Shown here one piece after another: positions 55,740 to 64,000 of a stretch of 64,000 nucleotides of DNA. The notes under the pieces were generated by a model. It saw only the letters and a list, made by a program, of their open reading frames with translations, searched no databases and was not told the origin of the DNA. Positions within the stretch are counted from its first letter, which is position 1. Every line of letters begins with the position of its first letter. The DNA comes from Alphaproteobacteria bacterium. Lineage in GTDB: Bacteria > Pseudomonadota > Alphaproteobacteria > SMXQ01. The translations under genes and the position numbers were made by a program. The stretch lies in the NCBI GenBank assembly GCA_030831315.1, contig JAURLI010000052.1:25905-89904 (forward strand), written 5' to 3'.

Positions 55740-57028
55740 ACGGCAGTACGAACGAGGAAACTGAAATCGCGATCACGGCGGTGGGCGCGCGTGGCGATGG
55801 TATCGGCCGCGATGATGCGGGCCGCGCGGTATTCGTCGCGGGCGCACTGGCGGGGGATCGCGTGCGTGTGCGCACCAACGCGGGGGCGGAGGGCCGGGCC
55901 GATCTCGTCTCCGTCGTCGCGGCTGCGCCCGGACGCGCCGAGCCGCCTTGCCGTCATTTCCTCGATTGCGGCGGCTGCGTCGCCCAGCACATGGGCGATG
56001 CGGTTTACGAAAACTGGAAGCGCGGCATCGTCGCCGATGCGCTCGCCCATCAGGGCGTGGCGGCGAATGTCGGACCGTTGGCCCGCATCCGTGGCGCGAG
56101 CCGCCGCCGTGCCCGCCTGTTCGGCGTTCGCACCGCCCAAGGTGCCGTCATCGGCTTCCAGGCGGCAGGCAGTCATCGCGTCGTCGACATGGCCATGTGC
56201 CCGGCACTTGAGCCGGCGATCTTCGCCCTTGTGCCGCGGCTCAGGGAGTTCTTCGCGGAGATCCTTCCGCCCGCGGCACGCGCCGAAGCCGAAGTTCAGG
56301 TGGTGGGTGCGGCGCTCGATGTCGTGTTGCGCCTGCCGGGCGATCTCGACCGCCAGCGCCGCGAACGCCTCGTCCGCTTCGCCGCCGATGCCGGGATTGC
56401 CCGCATCGGTTGGCAAAGGCTGGGCAAGGGCCGTCGTGCGGCGCTTGCCCCGGCTGAAACGGTGGCGGCACTCGCACCCGTGCAGGCCGTCTTCGGCGGC
56501 ATTGCGGTGACGCTGCCGCCGCTTGCCTTCCTTCAGGCCTCCGCCGAGGGCGAACGCGCGCTGGCGGCATTGGTCACCGGGCAGGTACCTGAAGGCAGCC
56601 GCGTTGCCGATCTTTACTGCGGAGCGGGGACCTTTACCCTGCCGCTCGCGCACGGGCGCCATGTCGGCGCCTTCGATGCCGCCGCCGACATGGTGGCGGC
56701 ACTCGATGCTGCGGCGCGGGGCGGGGGGCTCGGCATGCGGGTGAAGGCGGTGGCGCGGGATCTCGACCGCAGGCCGCTGCTTGCCCGCGAGTTCGACGCC
56801 TTCGATGTTGCCGTGTTCGATCCGCCGCGCGGCGGGGCCGAAGCGCAGGCGCGTGAAGTCGCCGCATCGAAACTGAAGCTGGCGGTGGCGGTGTCGTGCA
56901 ATCCCGTCACATTCGCGCGCGATGCGCGCATCCTGATCGATGCCGGTTTCGAAATCGGGCCGGTGATGCCGGTGGACCAATTCGTCTGGACCCGCCATCT
57001 CGAAGTGGTGGCGGCCTTCAGGCGCTAG
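55736..57028 (+). CDS. RumA/TrmA-family 23S rRNA (uracil-5)-methyltransferase (TRAM + class I MTase)
   Basis: TRAM N-domain, Cys cluster CRHFLDCGGC, SAM-binding DLYCGAGTF, C-terminal VSCNP. Confidence 0.75.
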   Translation: MNGSTNEETEIAITAVGARGDGIGRDDAGRAVFVAGALAGDRVRVRTNAGAEGRADLVSVVAAAPGRAEPPCRHFLDCGGCVAQHMGDAVYENWKRGIVADALAHQGVAANVGPLARIRGASRRRARLFGVRTAQGAVIGFQAAGSHRVVDMAMCPALEPAIFALVPRLREFFAEILPPAARAEAEVQVVGAALDVVLRLPGDLDRQRRERLVRFAADAGIARIGWQRLGKGRRAALAPAETVAALAPVQAVFGGIAVTLPPLAFLQASAEGERALAALVTGQVPEGSRVADLYCGAGTFTLPLAHGRHVGAFDAAADMVAALDAAARGGGLGMRVKAVARDLDRRPLLAREFDAFDVAVFDPPRGGAEAQAREVAASKLKLAVAVSCNPVTFARDARILIDAGFEIGPVMPVDQFVWTRHLEVVAAFRR

Positions 57029-57037
57029 GAAGCTGTG

Positions 57038-58108
57038 TCAGCCGCACTGCGCCCGGTGGCGCAGCAGGTGATCGGCCAGCACGTTTGCCATCATCGCTTC
57101 GCCGACGGGCACGCCACGGATGCCGACGCAGGGGTCATGACGGCCCTTGGTGACGATCTCGGTGTCCTTGCCGTGAACGTCCACGGTCTTGACCGGGGTC
57201 AGGATCGAGCTCGTCGGCTTCACCGCGAAACGCACGATGACGTCCTGGCCGGTGGTGATGCCCGCCAGCACGCCGCCCGCATTGTTCGACAGGAACGTGA
57301 CGTCGTTGCCTTTCATGCGCATCTGGTCGGCGTTTTCCTCGCCGCGCAGTTCGGCGGCATGGAAGCCCGCGCCGATCTCCACACCCTTGACCGCGTTGAT
57401 GCCCATCATCGCTGCCGCGAGGTCGCATTCGACCTTGCCGTAAACCGGCGCGCCGAGGCCGGCGGGAACCCCTTCGGCCACCACTTCGATGATGGCGCCG
57501 ACGCTCGATCCCGCCTTGCGCACCCCGTCGAGGTAGCCTTCCCATTCCTTGGCCATTTCCGCATCGGGGCAGAAGAAGGGATTGCGGTCCACTTCCGCCC
57601 AGTCCCAGCGTTTGCGCTCGATGGCATGCGGGCCGATCTGGATCAGCGCGCCGCGAATGGTGACGCCTGCGCCCAGAACCTTGCGTGCGACGCCGCCGGC
57701 CGCCACGCGCATCGCGGTTTCGCGCGCACTTGAGCGGCCGCCGCCGCGGTAATCGCGGATGCCGTATTTCTTCCAGTAGGTGTAATCGCCGTGGCCCGGG
57801 CGGAACTTGTCCTTGATGTCGCCGTAGTCTTTCGAGCGGACATCCTCGTTCTCGATCATCAGGCTGATCGCGGTGCCGGTGGTCACGCCTTCGAAGGTGC
57901 CGGACAGGATCTTCACCGTGTCCGATTCCTTGCGCTGGGTGGTGAAGCGGCTCTGCCCCGGGCGGCGCTTGTCGAGCCAGACCTGAAGATCTGATTCCTG
58001 CAACGCAATGCCCGGCGGGCAGCCATCGACCACGCAGCCGATCGCCGGCCCGTGGCTTTCACCCCAGGTCGTGACCCTGAACAGATGGCCGAAGGTGTTG
58101 TGCGACAT
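57038..58108 (-). CDS. aroC: Chorismate synthase
   Basis: [11 protein letters not shown] and [11 protein letters not shown] signature blocks. Confidence 0.9.
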   Translation of the reverse strand: MSHNTFGHLFRVTTWGESHGPAIGCVVDGCPPGIALQESDLQVWLDKRRPGQSRFTTQRKESDTVKILSGTFEGVTTGTAISLMIENEDVRSKDYGDIKDKFRPGHGDYTYWKKYGIRDYRGGGRSSARETAMRVAAGGVARKVLGAGVTIRGALIQIGPHAIERKRWDWAEVDRNPFFCPDAEMAKEWEGYLDGVRKAGSSVGAIIEVVAEGVPAGLGAPVYGKVECDLAAAMMGINAVKGVEIGAGFHAAELRGEENADQMRMKGNDVTFLSNNAGGVLAGITTGQDVIVRFAVKPTSSILTPVKTVDVHGKDTEIVTKGRHDPCVGIRGVPVGEAMMANVLADHLLRHRAQCG

Positions 58109-58126
58109 GGCTTTGCCCCGGCTGGT

Positions 58127-58930
58127 CTAGACGGTTGCGATATCCGGCGCGTCGACCGCCTTCATGCCGACGACATGGTAACCGCCGTCCACGTGCAGGA
58201 CTTCGCCGGTGACGCCCGAGGCCCAGTCCGACAACAGGAAGACGCCGGCCTTGCCGACCTCTTCGATGCTGACCGTGCGCTTGAGCGGCGCGTTGTATTC
58301 GTTCCACTTGAGGATATAGCGGAAATCGCCGATGCCGCTTGCGGCCAGCGTCTTGATGGGGCCTGCCGAAATCGCGTTGACGCGGATCTGGCGCTTGCCG
58401 AGATCGACCGACAGCGCGCGGACGCTCGCCTCGAGTGCGGCCTTGGCGACGCCCATGACGTTGTAGTGCGGCATGACCTTTTCCGCGCCGTAGTAGGTGA
58501 GCGTCACCATCGAGCCGGTATCGCCCATCAGTTCGGCGGCACGCTTGGCGAGCGCCGTGAAGGAGTAGCAGGAAATGTCCAGGGTCCGCGCGAAGTTCGC
58601 CGGGCTGGTGTCGATGTAGCCGCCGGTCAGCTCTTCCTTGTCGGAAAAGGCGATGCAGTGGACCAGGAAATCGAGCCCGCCCCACTTGTCCTTGATTGCG
58701 GCGAACAGCCGGTCGATGGAAGCACCGTCGGTCACGTCGCAGGGCAGGACCAGATCGGCACCGATCTGGGCGGCCAGCGGCTCGACGCGCTTCTTCAGGT
58801 TGTCGCCCTGGTAGTTGAAGGCGAGCTTGGCGCCGTTGTCGGCAGCGCACTTGGCGATACCCCAGGCGATCGAACGATCATTGGCGACACCCATGACGAG
58901 GCCGCGCTTTCCCGCCAGCAATCCGGACAT
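58127..58930 (-). CDS. fabI: Enoyl-[acyl-carrier-protein] reductase (NADH)
   Basis: [22 protein letters not shown]-terminus, Y-x6-K catalytic pair. Confidence 0.9.
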   Translation of the reverse strand: MSGLLAGKRGLVMGVANDRSIAWGIAKCAADNGAKLAFNYQGDNLKKRVEPLAAQIGADLVLPCDVTDGASIDRLFAAIKDKWGGLDFLVHCIAFSDKEELTGGYIDTSPANFARTLDISCYSFTALAKRAAELMGDTGSMVTLTYYGAEKVMPHYNVMGVAKAALEASVRALSVDLGKRQIRVNAISAGPIKTLAASGIGDFRYILKWNEYNAPLKRTVSIEEVGKAGVFLLSDWASGVTGEVLHVDGGYHVVGMKAVDAPDIATV

Positions 58931-59044
58931 TTGAACCCCTCTAACTGAAGGCCCGGGCCGGTCAGGCCCAAGGCTTTTCGATTGCGGCGCATCCTACACG
59001 AAAGGCGGGAGCGATCAAACCGCGCCGGCGGGCCGTATTTCGGC

Positions 59045-59587
59045 CTAGCCCGCGACGCGCCATGTGCCGTCGGCGGCGCGGCAGGCAGTGCCGCGCTCGG
59101 TGGCGACGCGTCCGTCCTTGGTGGCGACGGATTGCTCGAAGTCGCGGCAGGTCGCGCCGTCGGTGGGGCGCACGGCCTCGCGCAGCGGCGTGACGGTGCC
59201 GGAATTCCCGCTTTCGGGATTGGACCAGGATACTGATTTGCCGACGGGTGCGCGCATGGCGTCGTCGGCAGCCTGTTTCTGCATCTGGCGGTCGCGTTCA
59301 TCGAACATGCGCCCAAGGCGTCCGCCTGCCCAGGAACCCATGATGCCGCCGGCGATCGTGCCGAGGGTGCTGACGCGATCGCGCCCCACGCGCGATCCCA
59401 GCAAGGCGCCGCCGATGGCGCCGACGATGGTGCCGATCTGTTCGCCGGTGCGATCTTCGCGGGCACCATTCTGTCCGTTCTGCGTGGCGCAGCCGGGCAT
59501 CGCAAGGGCGAAGGCGCATATGAGGACGCGCGTGATGAAACAGCGGAACATGGTTTGCACCGGAATATTTCTGCGAATCGTTTGCAT
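59045..59587 (-). CDS. Glycine-zipper / 17-kDa surface antigen family outer-membrane lipoprotein
   Basis: Lipoprotein-type signal ending AMPGC; glycine-zipper IVGAIGGALLGSRVG; alternative ATG at 59551. Confidence 0.65.
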   Translation of the reverse strand: MQTIRRNIPVQTMFRCFITRVLICAFALAMPGCATQNGQNGAREDRTGEQIGTIVGAIGGALLGSRVGRDRVSTLGTIAGGIMGSWAGGRLGRMFDERDRQMQKQAADDAMRAPVGKSVSWSNPESGNSGTVTPLREAVRPTDGATCRDFEQSVATKDGRVATERGTACRAADGTWRVAG

Positions 59588-59712
59588 GACGCGGCGCCAA
59601 GAAAAATTCTGCAGCCCCGGCGTCGTTGGGGTAAATTCTAGCTCATTCCACGGCCCCGCAGAAAGGGCCAGAAAAGCAGCCGTAACCGCGTATTCGCGTG
59701 ATGTGAGGAACG

Positions 59713-60312
59713 ATGGACGAAGGAACAGCCCGGCTCGAACGATCCGACCCGCTCGCCCTTTTCGACGAATGGCTGAAGGAAGCCTGGGCAGGGGAACCCG
59801 ACGCCAACGCGATGTCCTGTGCCACGGCGACCAAGGATGGCGTTCCTGCGGTCCGTCTCGTCCTGCTCAAGGGTCGCGACGAACGCGGCTTCGTTTTCTA
59901 CACCAATTTCAACAGCCGCAAGGGGCGTGAGATCGGCGAACGCCAGCAGGCCTCTCTCGCCTTTCACTGGAAAAGCCTCAAGCGCCAGCTGCGCATCGAC
60001 GGCGTGACCGAGATCGTGACCGAGGCGGAAGCCGACGCCTATTTCGCCTCCCGCCCGCGTGACAGCCAGATCGCGGCATGGGCCTCGCACCAGTCCGAGA
60101 AGATGGGCGAGCGGTTCGATCTGGAAAAGCGCTTCGCGCATTTCAGCCTGAAGTTCGACGGCGCCCCCGTGCCGCGTCCGCCGCACTGGTCGGGTTTCCG
60201 CGTGGTGCCGCAGGCAATCGAGTTCTGGCTTGACCGGCCGTTCCGCCTGCACGAGCGCATCCTGTTCGAGCGCGAAGGCAAGGGCTGGAGCGTGTCGAGG
60301 CTCTATCCATGA
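59713..60312 (+). CDS. pdxH: Pyridoxamine 5'-phosphate oxidase
   Basis: VRLVLLKG...[13 protein letters not shown] and C-terminal [14 protein letters not shown]. Confidence 0.85.
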   Translation: MDEGTARLERSDPLALFDEWLKEAWAGEPDANAMSCATATKDGVPAVRLVLLKGRDERGFVFYTNFNSRKGREIGERQQASLAFHWKSLKRQLRIDGVTEIVTEAEADAYFASRPRDSQIAAWASHQSEKMGERFDLEKRFAHFSLKFDGAPVPRPPHWSGFRVVPQAIEFWLDRPFRLHERILFEREGKGWSVSRLYP

Positions 60313-61256
60313 CCGTCTCGCACTCGTCGCGCTCCTACGATCAGATCAAGCCGGAAACGGCGCGCCTGTTGCGCGTGGCGACAATGGCGTCCGTCGCCGT
60401 GGCGACGACACTGATCGCCGCCAAGGGCGTGGCTTTCGCCATGACCGGCTCGGTCAGCGTGCTGTCGACGCTGATTGATTCGCTGATGGACGCGGGCGCT
60501 TCGCTGGTCAATGTTTTTGCGGTACGCAACGCGCTGAAGCCCGCAGATACCGAACACCGCTTCGGCCACGGCAAGGCCGAACCGCTTGCCGGGCTGGGGC
60601 AGGCGGCCTTCGTTGCGGGTTCGTCGCTGTTCCTGGTCATCGAGGCGATTGACCGTCTGGTCGCCCCGACGGCCATAACCCGCCACGGCATCGGCATCGG
60701 GGTGATGGTGTTTTCGATCATCGCCACCATCGGCCTCGTCATGTTCCAGAGCCATGTCGTCAAGCGGACGAAATCGCTCGCGATCAATGCCGATTCGCTT
60801 CATTACAAGGGTGACGTTCTGATCCACGGCAGCGTCATCCTGTCTTTGCTGATCAGCGCGAATTTCGGGGTCAATTATCTTGATCCGCTGTTCGGCATCG
60901 GCATCGCCGCTTACCTGCTGTGGAATGCGCGCGCCATCGCGATGGGCGCTTTGCATGAGTTGATGGACCGCGAGCTTAACCAGGAAGACCGCGACCGGGT
61001 CGTCGCCATCGCCATGGCCCATCCCGAGGTCAGGGACATCCATGACCTGCGCACCCGCTCGGCCGGGCCGCGTTCGTTCATCCAGTTCCATCTGGAACTT
61101 GACCAGAGCATTTCGTTGATGCGCGCCCACGAGATTTCGGACGATGTCGAGGCCAAGGTCCGGGCTGCTTTCCCGGGCAGCGGCGTGATCATTCACCAGG
61201 ATCCGGAAGGAATCATGGAGCATCGGGCGGTTTTCGACGGCGAGAACCGCAAGTAA
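60309..61256 (+). CDS. Cation diffusion facilitator family transporter (FieF-like)
   Basis: Six TM N-domain with HxxxD-type sites, cytoplasmic C-terminal domain; overlaps pdxH stop. Confidence 0.8.
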   Translation: MTVSHSSRSYDQIKPETARLLRVATMASVAVATTLIAAKGVAFAMTGSVSVLSTLIDSLMDAGASLVNVFAVRNALKPADTEHRFGHGKAEPLAGLGQAAFVAGSSLFLVIEAIDRLVAPTAITRHGIGIGVMVFSIIATIGLVMFQSHVVKRTKSLAINADSLHYKGDVLIHGSVILSLLISANFGVNYLDPLFGIGIAAYLLWNARAIAMGALHELMDRELNQEDRDRVVAIAMAHPEVRDIHDLRTRSAGPRSFIQFHLELDQSISLMRAHEISDDVEAKVRAAFPGSGVIIHQDPEGIMEHRAVFDGENRK

Positions 61257-61376
61257 CTTTGGTCATATTTTCGACTTTGCCCTTGTTTAGGGGCCTTACC
61301 TTATCCAGATAAAAAATATACTCTTGCTTGCAAGAAGGGTTGCGCGGCCGATGTGCCGCATCGAGGGAGGACAGCC

Positions 61377-62204
61377 ATGCCTATTAAAGTCGTATTCGTG
61401 CCGCTTGCGGATTCCGAGGGCGCCCAGTCGATCATCGGCGCGGCGATGGGCGTTGCCGCATCGCTGGGGGCAGAGGTGGACGTTGCGCATCTCGGCGGTG
61501 ATCCGACCCGCGCGCTCGGCGATCTCGTCGGCGAGGCGGTCTCGCCGCAGCTCATCGAAGAAGTTCTTGCCCAATCCGAGAAGCGCGCCAAGACTTCGGC
61601 GCAGGCTTCCCGCAAGGCTTACGACGCAGCTGCCGCAAAGGCCAAGGGCGTGAAGTCGCGCTATCAGGAAATTCAGGCGGCTGTCGATGTCGCGATCGAG
61701 GACCGTGGGCGTTTCGCCGACCTCATCGTGGTGCGTCGTGCAAGCAGCGCCAGGGATGTGGGCGTTCGCGTCGTTGCCGAAGTGGCGCTGATGTCGACCG
61801 CCCGGCCGGTTCTCGTCGTGCCGTCGAAGGCGTCTGCAAGTATCGGCAGCAATGTCGCCATCGCGTGGAACGACAGCCTGGAATCGAGCAAGGCGGTCGC
61901 TGCGGCGCTGCCCTTCATCACCCGGGCAGCCAAGGTCACGGTGATTTCCGCGACCGACGGCGGCGCGATAAACCAGAAGTCGATCCTCGCCTATCTCGCC
62001 CGCCACGGCGTCAAGGCCAAGGGTGTTTCCGTCAAGGCGGGTGCCGACGCGGGCAAGGCGATCACCGCCGCCGCATCCAAGGCTGGCGCCAATCTTCTGG
62101 TCATGGGTGCCTACAGCCACAGCCGGGTACGCGAACTGATCTTCGGCGGCGTCACCGAGCATGCCCTCGCGTCGGCGCGGTTGCCGGTGCTGATGGTTCA
62201 CTGA
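61377..62204 (+). CDS. Universal stress protein (tandem UspA domains)
   Basis: Two Usp domains; C-terminal LLVMGAYSHSRVRELIFGGVTEH ATP-binding-type block; GGAGGA RBS. Confidence 0.7.
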   Translation: MPIKVVFVPLADSEGAQSIIGAAMGVAASLGAEVDVAHLGGDPTRALGDLVGEAVSPQLIEEVLAQSEKRAKTSAQASRKAYDAAAAKAKGVKSRYQEIQAAVDVAIEDRGRFADLIVVRRASSARDVGVRVVAEVALMSTARPVLVVPSKASASIGSNVAIAWNDSLESSKAVAAALPFITRAAKVTVISATDGGAINQKSILAYLARHGVKAKGVSVKAGADAGKAITAAASKAGANLLVMGAYSHSRVRELIFGGVTEHALASARLPVLMVH

Positions 62205-62232
62205 TCGCAAGACAGCAAGGAGTTTCGTCCCC

Positions 62233-62592
62233 GTGTCTTTCAAGAAAATCCGCCTGGAACTTGCACGCACCAGTGAATTTCCGGAAGGAAGCGCCCGCCA
62301 CGGCTATGAGTTCTCGTTGCCGCTCGATGCTTCCGGCCACATCGATGTCGAGGGCTGGCGCGCAGCGAAGGACCGCTGCACGGTGCACCGTTTCTGGGGC
62401 GAGGACGATCCCGAAGACGGCTTTCTGGTTCATACCCGCCACCGGACCTGGGCGTTTTCCTATGCCCCCGGCGAAGAGGATGACGAGCCCTTCTTTCGCT
62501 TCGAGGACCACACGTTCAAGGTCGGCGAATATGTGTCGCTGACCGGCCATGATGGGGAAATCCATCCCTTCCGCGTGGTCAGCGTCGCCTAG
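62233..62592 (+). CDS. Conserved hypothetical protein (119 aa)
   Basis: AAGGAG RBS then GTG; acidic/His-rich, no recognised motif. Confidence 0.45.
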   Translation: MSFKKIRLELARTSEFPEGSARHGYEFSLPLDASGHIDVEGWRAAKDRCTVHRFWGEDDPEDGFLVHTRHRTWAFSYAPGEEDDEPFFRFEDHTFKVGEYVSLTGHDGEIHPFRVVSVA

Positions 62593-62634
62593 CGGGGGCT
62601 GGCGGCGAGGCGGGAAGTTCTCTATCCTTAGCCA

Positions 62635-63381
62635 ATGGCTTCAGAGACACCTTCAAAAACTGTTGTCGTGACCGGTGCGAGCCGGGGTATCGGCCATGCG
62701 GCCGCGCGCATGTTCGCGGCCGATGGCTGGCGCGTCATTACCTGCTCGCGCGAAGGCGTGCCCGAGGCCTGCGAGGTCGAACCCAACTGGCAGGGTCATA
62801 TCAGCTGCGACCTGTCGAAACCGGCGGATCAGGACCGTTTCGTGTCGGAGGCCCTCGACATGCTGGACGGCGCGCCGCTGATGGCGCTGGTCAATAACGC
62901 CGGCGTGTCGCCGAAAACGCCGTACCGGGAACGGCTGGGCTGCCTTAACGGCGATATCGTCGCCTGGAAAGAGGTGTTCGAGCTCAACCTGTTTGCGCCG
63001 CTCAGGCTCGCGCGCGGGTTTGCCCCGGCGCTGCATCGGGCGCGCGGTGCGGTGGTCAACGTCACCTCCATCGCCGGTCACGCCATCCACCCCTTCGCCG
63101 GATCCGCCTACAGCGTGTCCAAGGCGGCGCTGTCGGCATTGACCCGCGAAATGGCGTCGGAATTCGGCGCGCTCGGCGTGCGCGTGAATGCCATCGCGCC
63201 GGGGGAAATCGCTACCGACATGCTGTCGCCCGATACCGAGGCGCTGATCCCCCGTATTCCGCTTGAACGCCTTGGCACCCCCGAAGAGGTCGCCAAGGTC
63301 ATCTATTTCCTGTGCAGCGATGGATCGGGATACGTTTCCGGCACGGAGATCTTCGTGACCGGCGCCCAGCACATTTTCTAG
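62635..63381 (+). CDS. SDR-family oxidoreductase
   Basis: VVVTGASRGIG cofactor motif, catalytic YSVSK. Confidence 0.85.
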   Translation: MASETPSKTVVVTGASRGIGHAAARMFAADGWRVITCSREGVPEACEVEPNWQGHISCDLSKPADQDRFVSEALDMLDGAPLMALVNNAGVSPKTPYRERLGCLNGDIVAWKEVFELNLFAPLRLARGFAPALHRARGAVVNVTSIAGHAIHPFAGSAYSVSKAALSALTREMASEFGALGVRVNAIAPGEIATDMLSPDTEALIPRIPLERLGTPEEVAKVIYFLCSDGSGYVSGTEIFVTGAQHIF

Positions 63382-63387
63382 AGACTT

Positions 63388-64000
63388 TCAGGGTCGGCCC
63401 GCCGCTTCCACCGGCGAGGGATCGCTGACGCCGGCGATCTCGCGGATCAGCTTGGTCAGGATCGCGGCATTGAAATCCTTGAAGCCGCGCGCGGGGATCG
63501 AAAACGCGCCCGGTCCGCCGATGACGTTGTCGAGGTAATATACATCGAGGCTGCGAAAGTCGCTGAGAATGGGAAGGGCGTTGATGGTGATGCCTTGTGC
63601 CGTCGCCTGGTCGCGTCCGAAAGCCGCCGAGATGCCACGATTGTTCGGGCCGTCGCCGGAAATATCGATGACCCGCCGCGTTCCCTCGAAGCGGTTTTCC
63701 GAAAGGGCTTTGGCACCATAAAGGATCGCGTGGCCGACCGCGGTACCGCCGCTGAACAGCTGGCGCGGCACCGTTTCCAGTTTCTGGACGAATTGCTCGA
63801 TGGAGAGGGGATCTGAAAGTTCCGTCCAACCGGTAATCGGAACCTGGAGGAAGGGACCGGTCCATTCCACATAGGCGACGGCGATGCGCCCAAGCGGGCC
63901 GTTGCCGATCGCCGAGACCACGCGCGGGTTGCGAAAGGCGCGCGCATAGCCCTGACGCTGCAGTTCGTATTCGTTGTCGTCGATGCTGCCCGATGCGTCG
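63388..64000 (-). CDS. DUF1194 (vWA-like) domain protein, N-terminus beyond window end
   Basis: Frame stays open from 63921 to 64000 (…DASGSIDDNEYELQRQGYARAFRNPRVVSAIG…); blocks match what I recall of the DUF1194 family. Confidence 0.55.
   Translation of the reverse strand, partial: DASGSIDDNEYELQRQGYARAFRNPRVVSAIGNGPLGRIAVAYVEWTGPFLQVPITGWTELSDPLSIEQFVQKLETVPRQLFSGGTAVGHAILYGAKALSENRFEGTRRVIDISGDGPNNRGISAAFGRDQATAQGITINALPILSDFRSLDVYYLDNVIGGPGAFSIPARGFKDFNAAILTKLIREIAGVSDPSPVEAAGRP

Noticed and set aside
1-64000. CRISPR arrays, IS elements, integrases, tRNA/rRNA genes
   Set aside because: No direct-repeat/spacer periodicity, no transposase or integrase-like ORFs and no tRNA-like cloverleaf segments were seen. 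Not exhaustive without tools.

Overview
Dense, gene-rich chromosomal segment from a high-GC (~65%) Gram-negative bacterium, most likely an alphaproteobacterium. About 60 protein-coding genes, called by eye from motifs; no homology search or fold prediction could be run. No rRNA, tRNA, CRISPR array, IS element or prophage signature recognised. The content is accessory catabolism: a hydroxycinnamate/phenylpropanoid side-chain cleavage cluster (FerA-type NDP-forming CoA synthetase, acyl-CoA dehydrogenase, hydratase-lyase); a LigI-like hydrolase; two TauD/TfdA dioxygenase modules with rhodanese sulfurtransferases and a TauE/SafE exporter; two MmgE/PrpD-family genes; a canonical tctCBA transporter operon; and an RND efflux pair. 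Housekeeping genes are interspersed (msrA, xseB-ispA, tlyA, aroC, fabI, pdxH). Most unusual feature: five monocistronic Bug/TctC-family binding-protein genes (420-436 aa) each carry a conserved ~90-110 aa Lys/Gly-rich C-terminal extension with an invariant Cys pair; the two canonical TctC genes in the same window lack it. I did not recognise it as any known domain. Also present: a mosaic pseudogene (CPA2 antiporter N-terminus fused to a cupin C-terminus), a truncated FAD monooxygenase, and several strong palindromic candidate operator sites.
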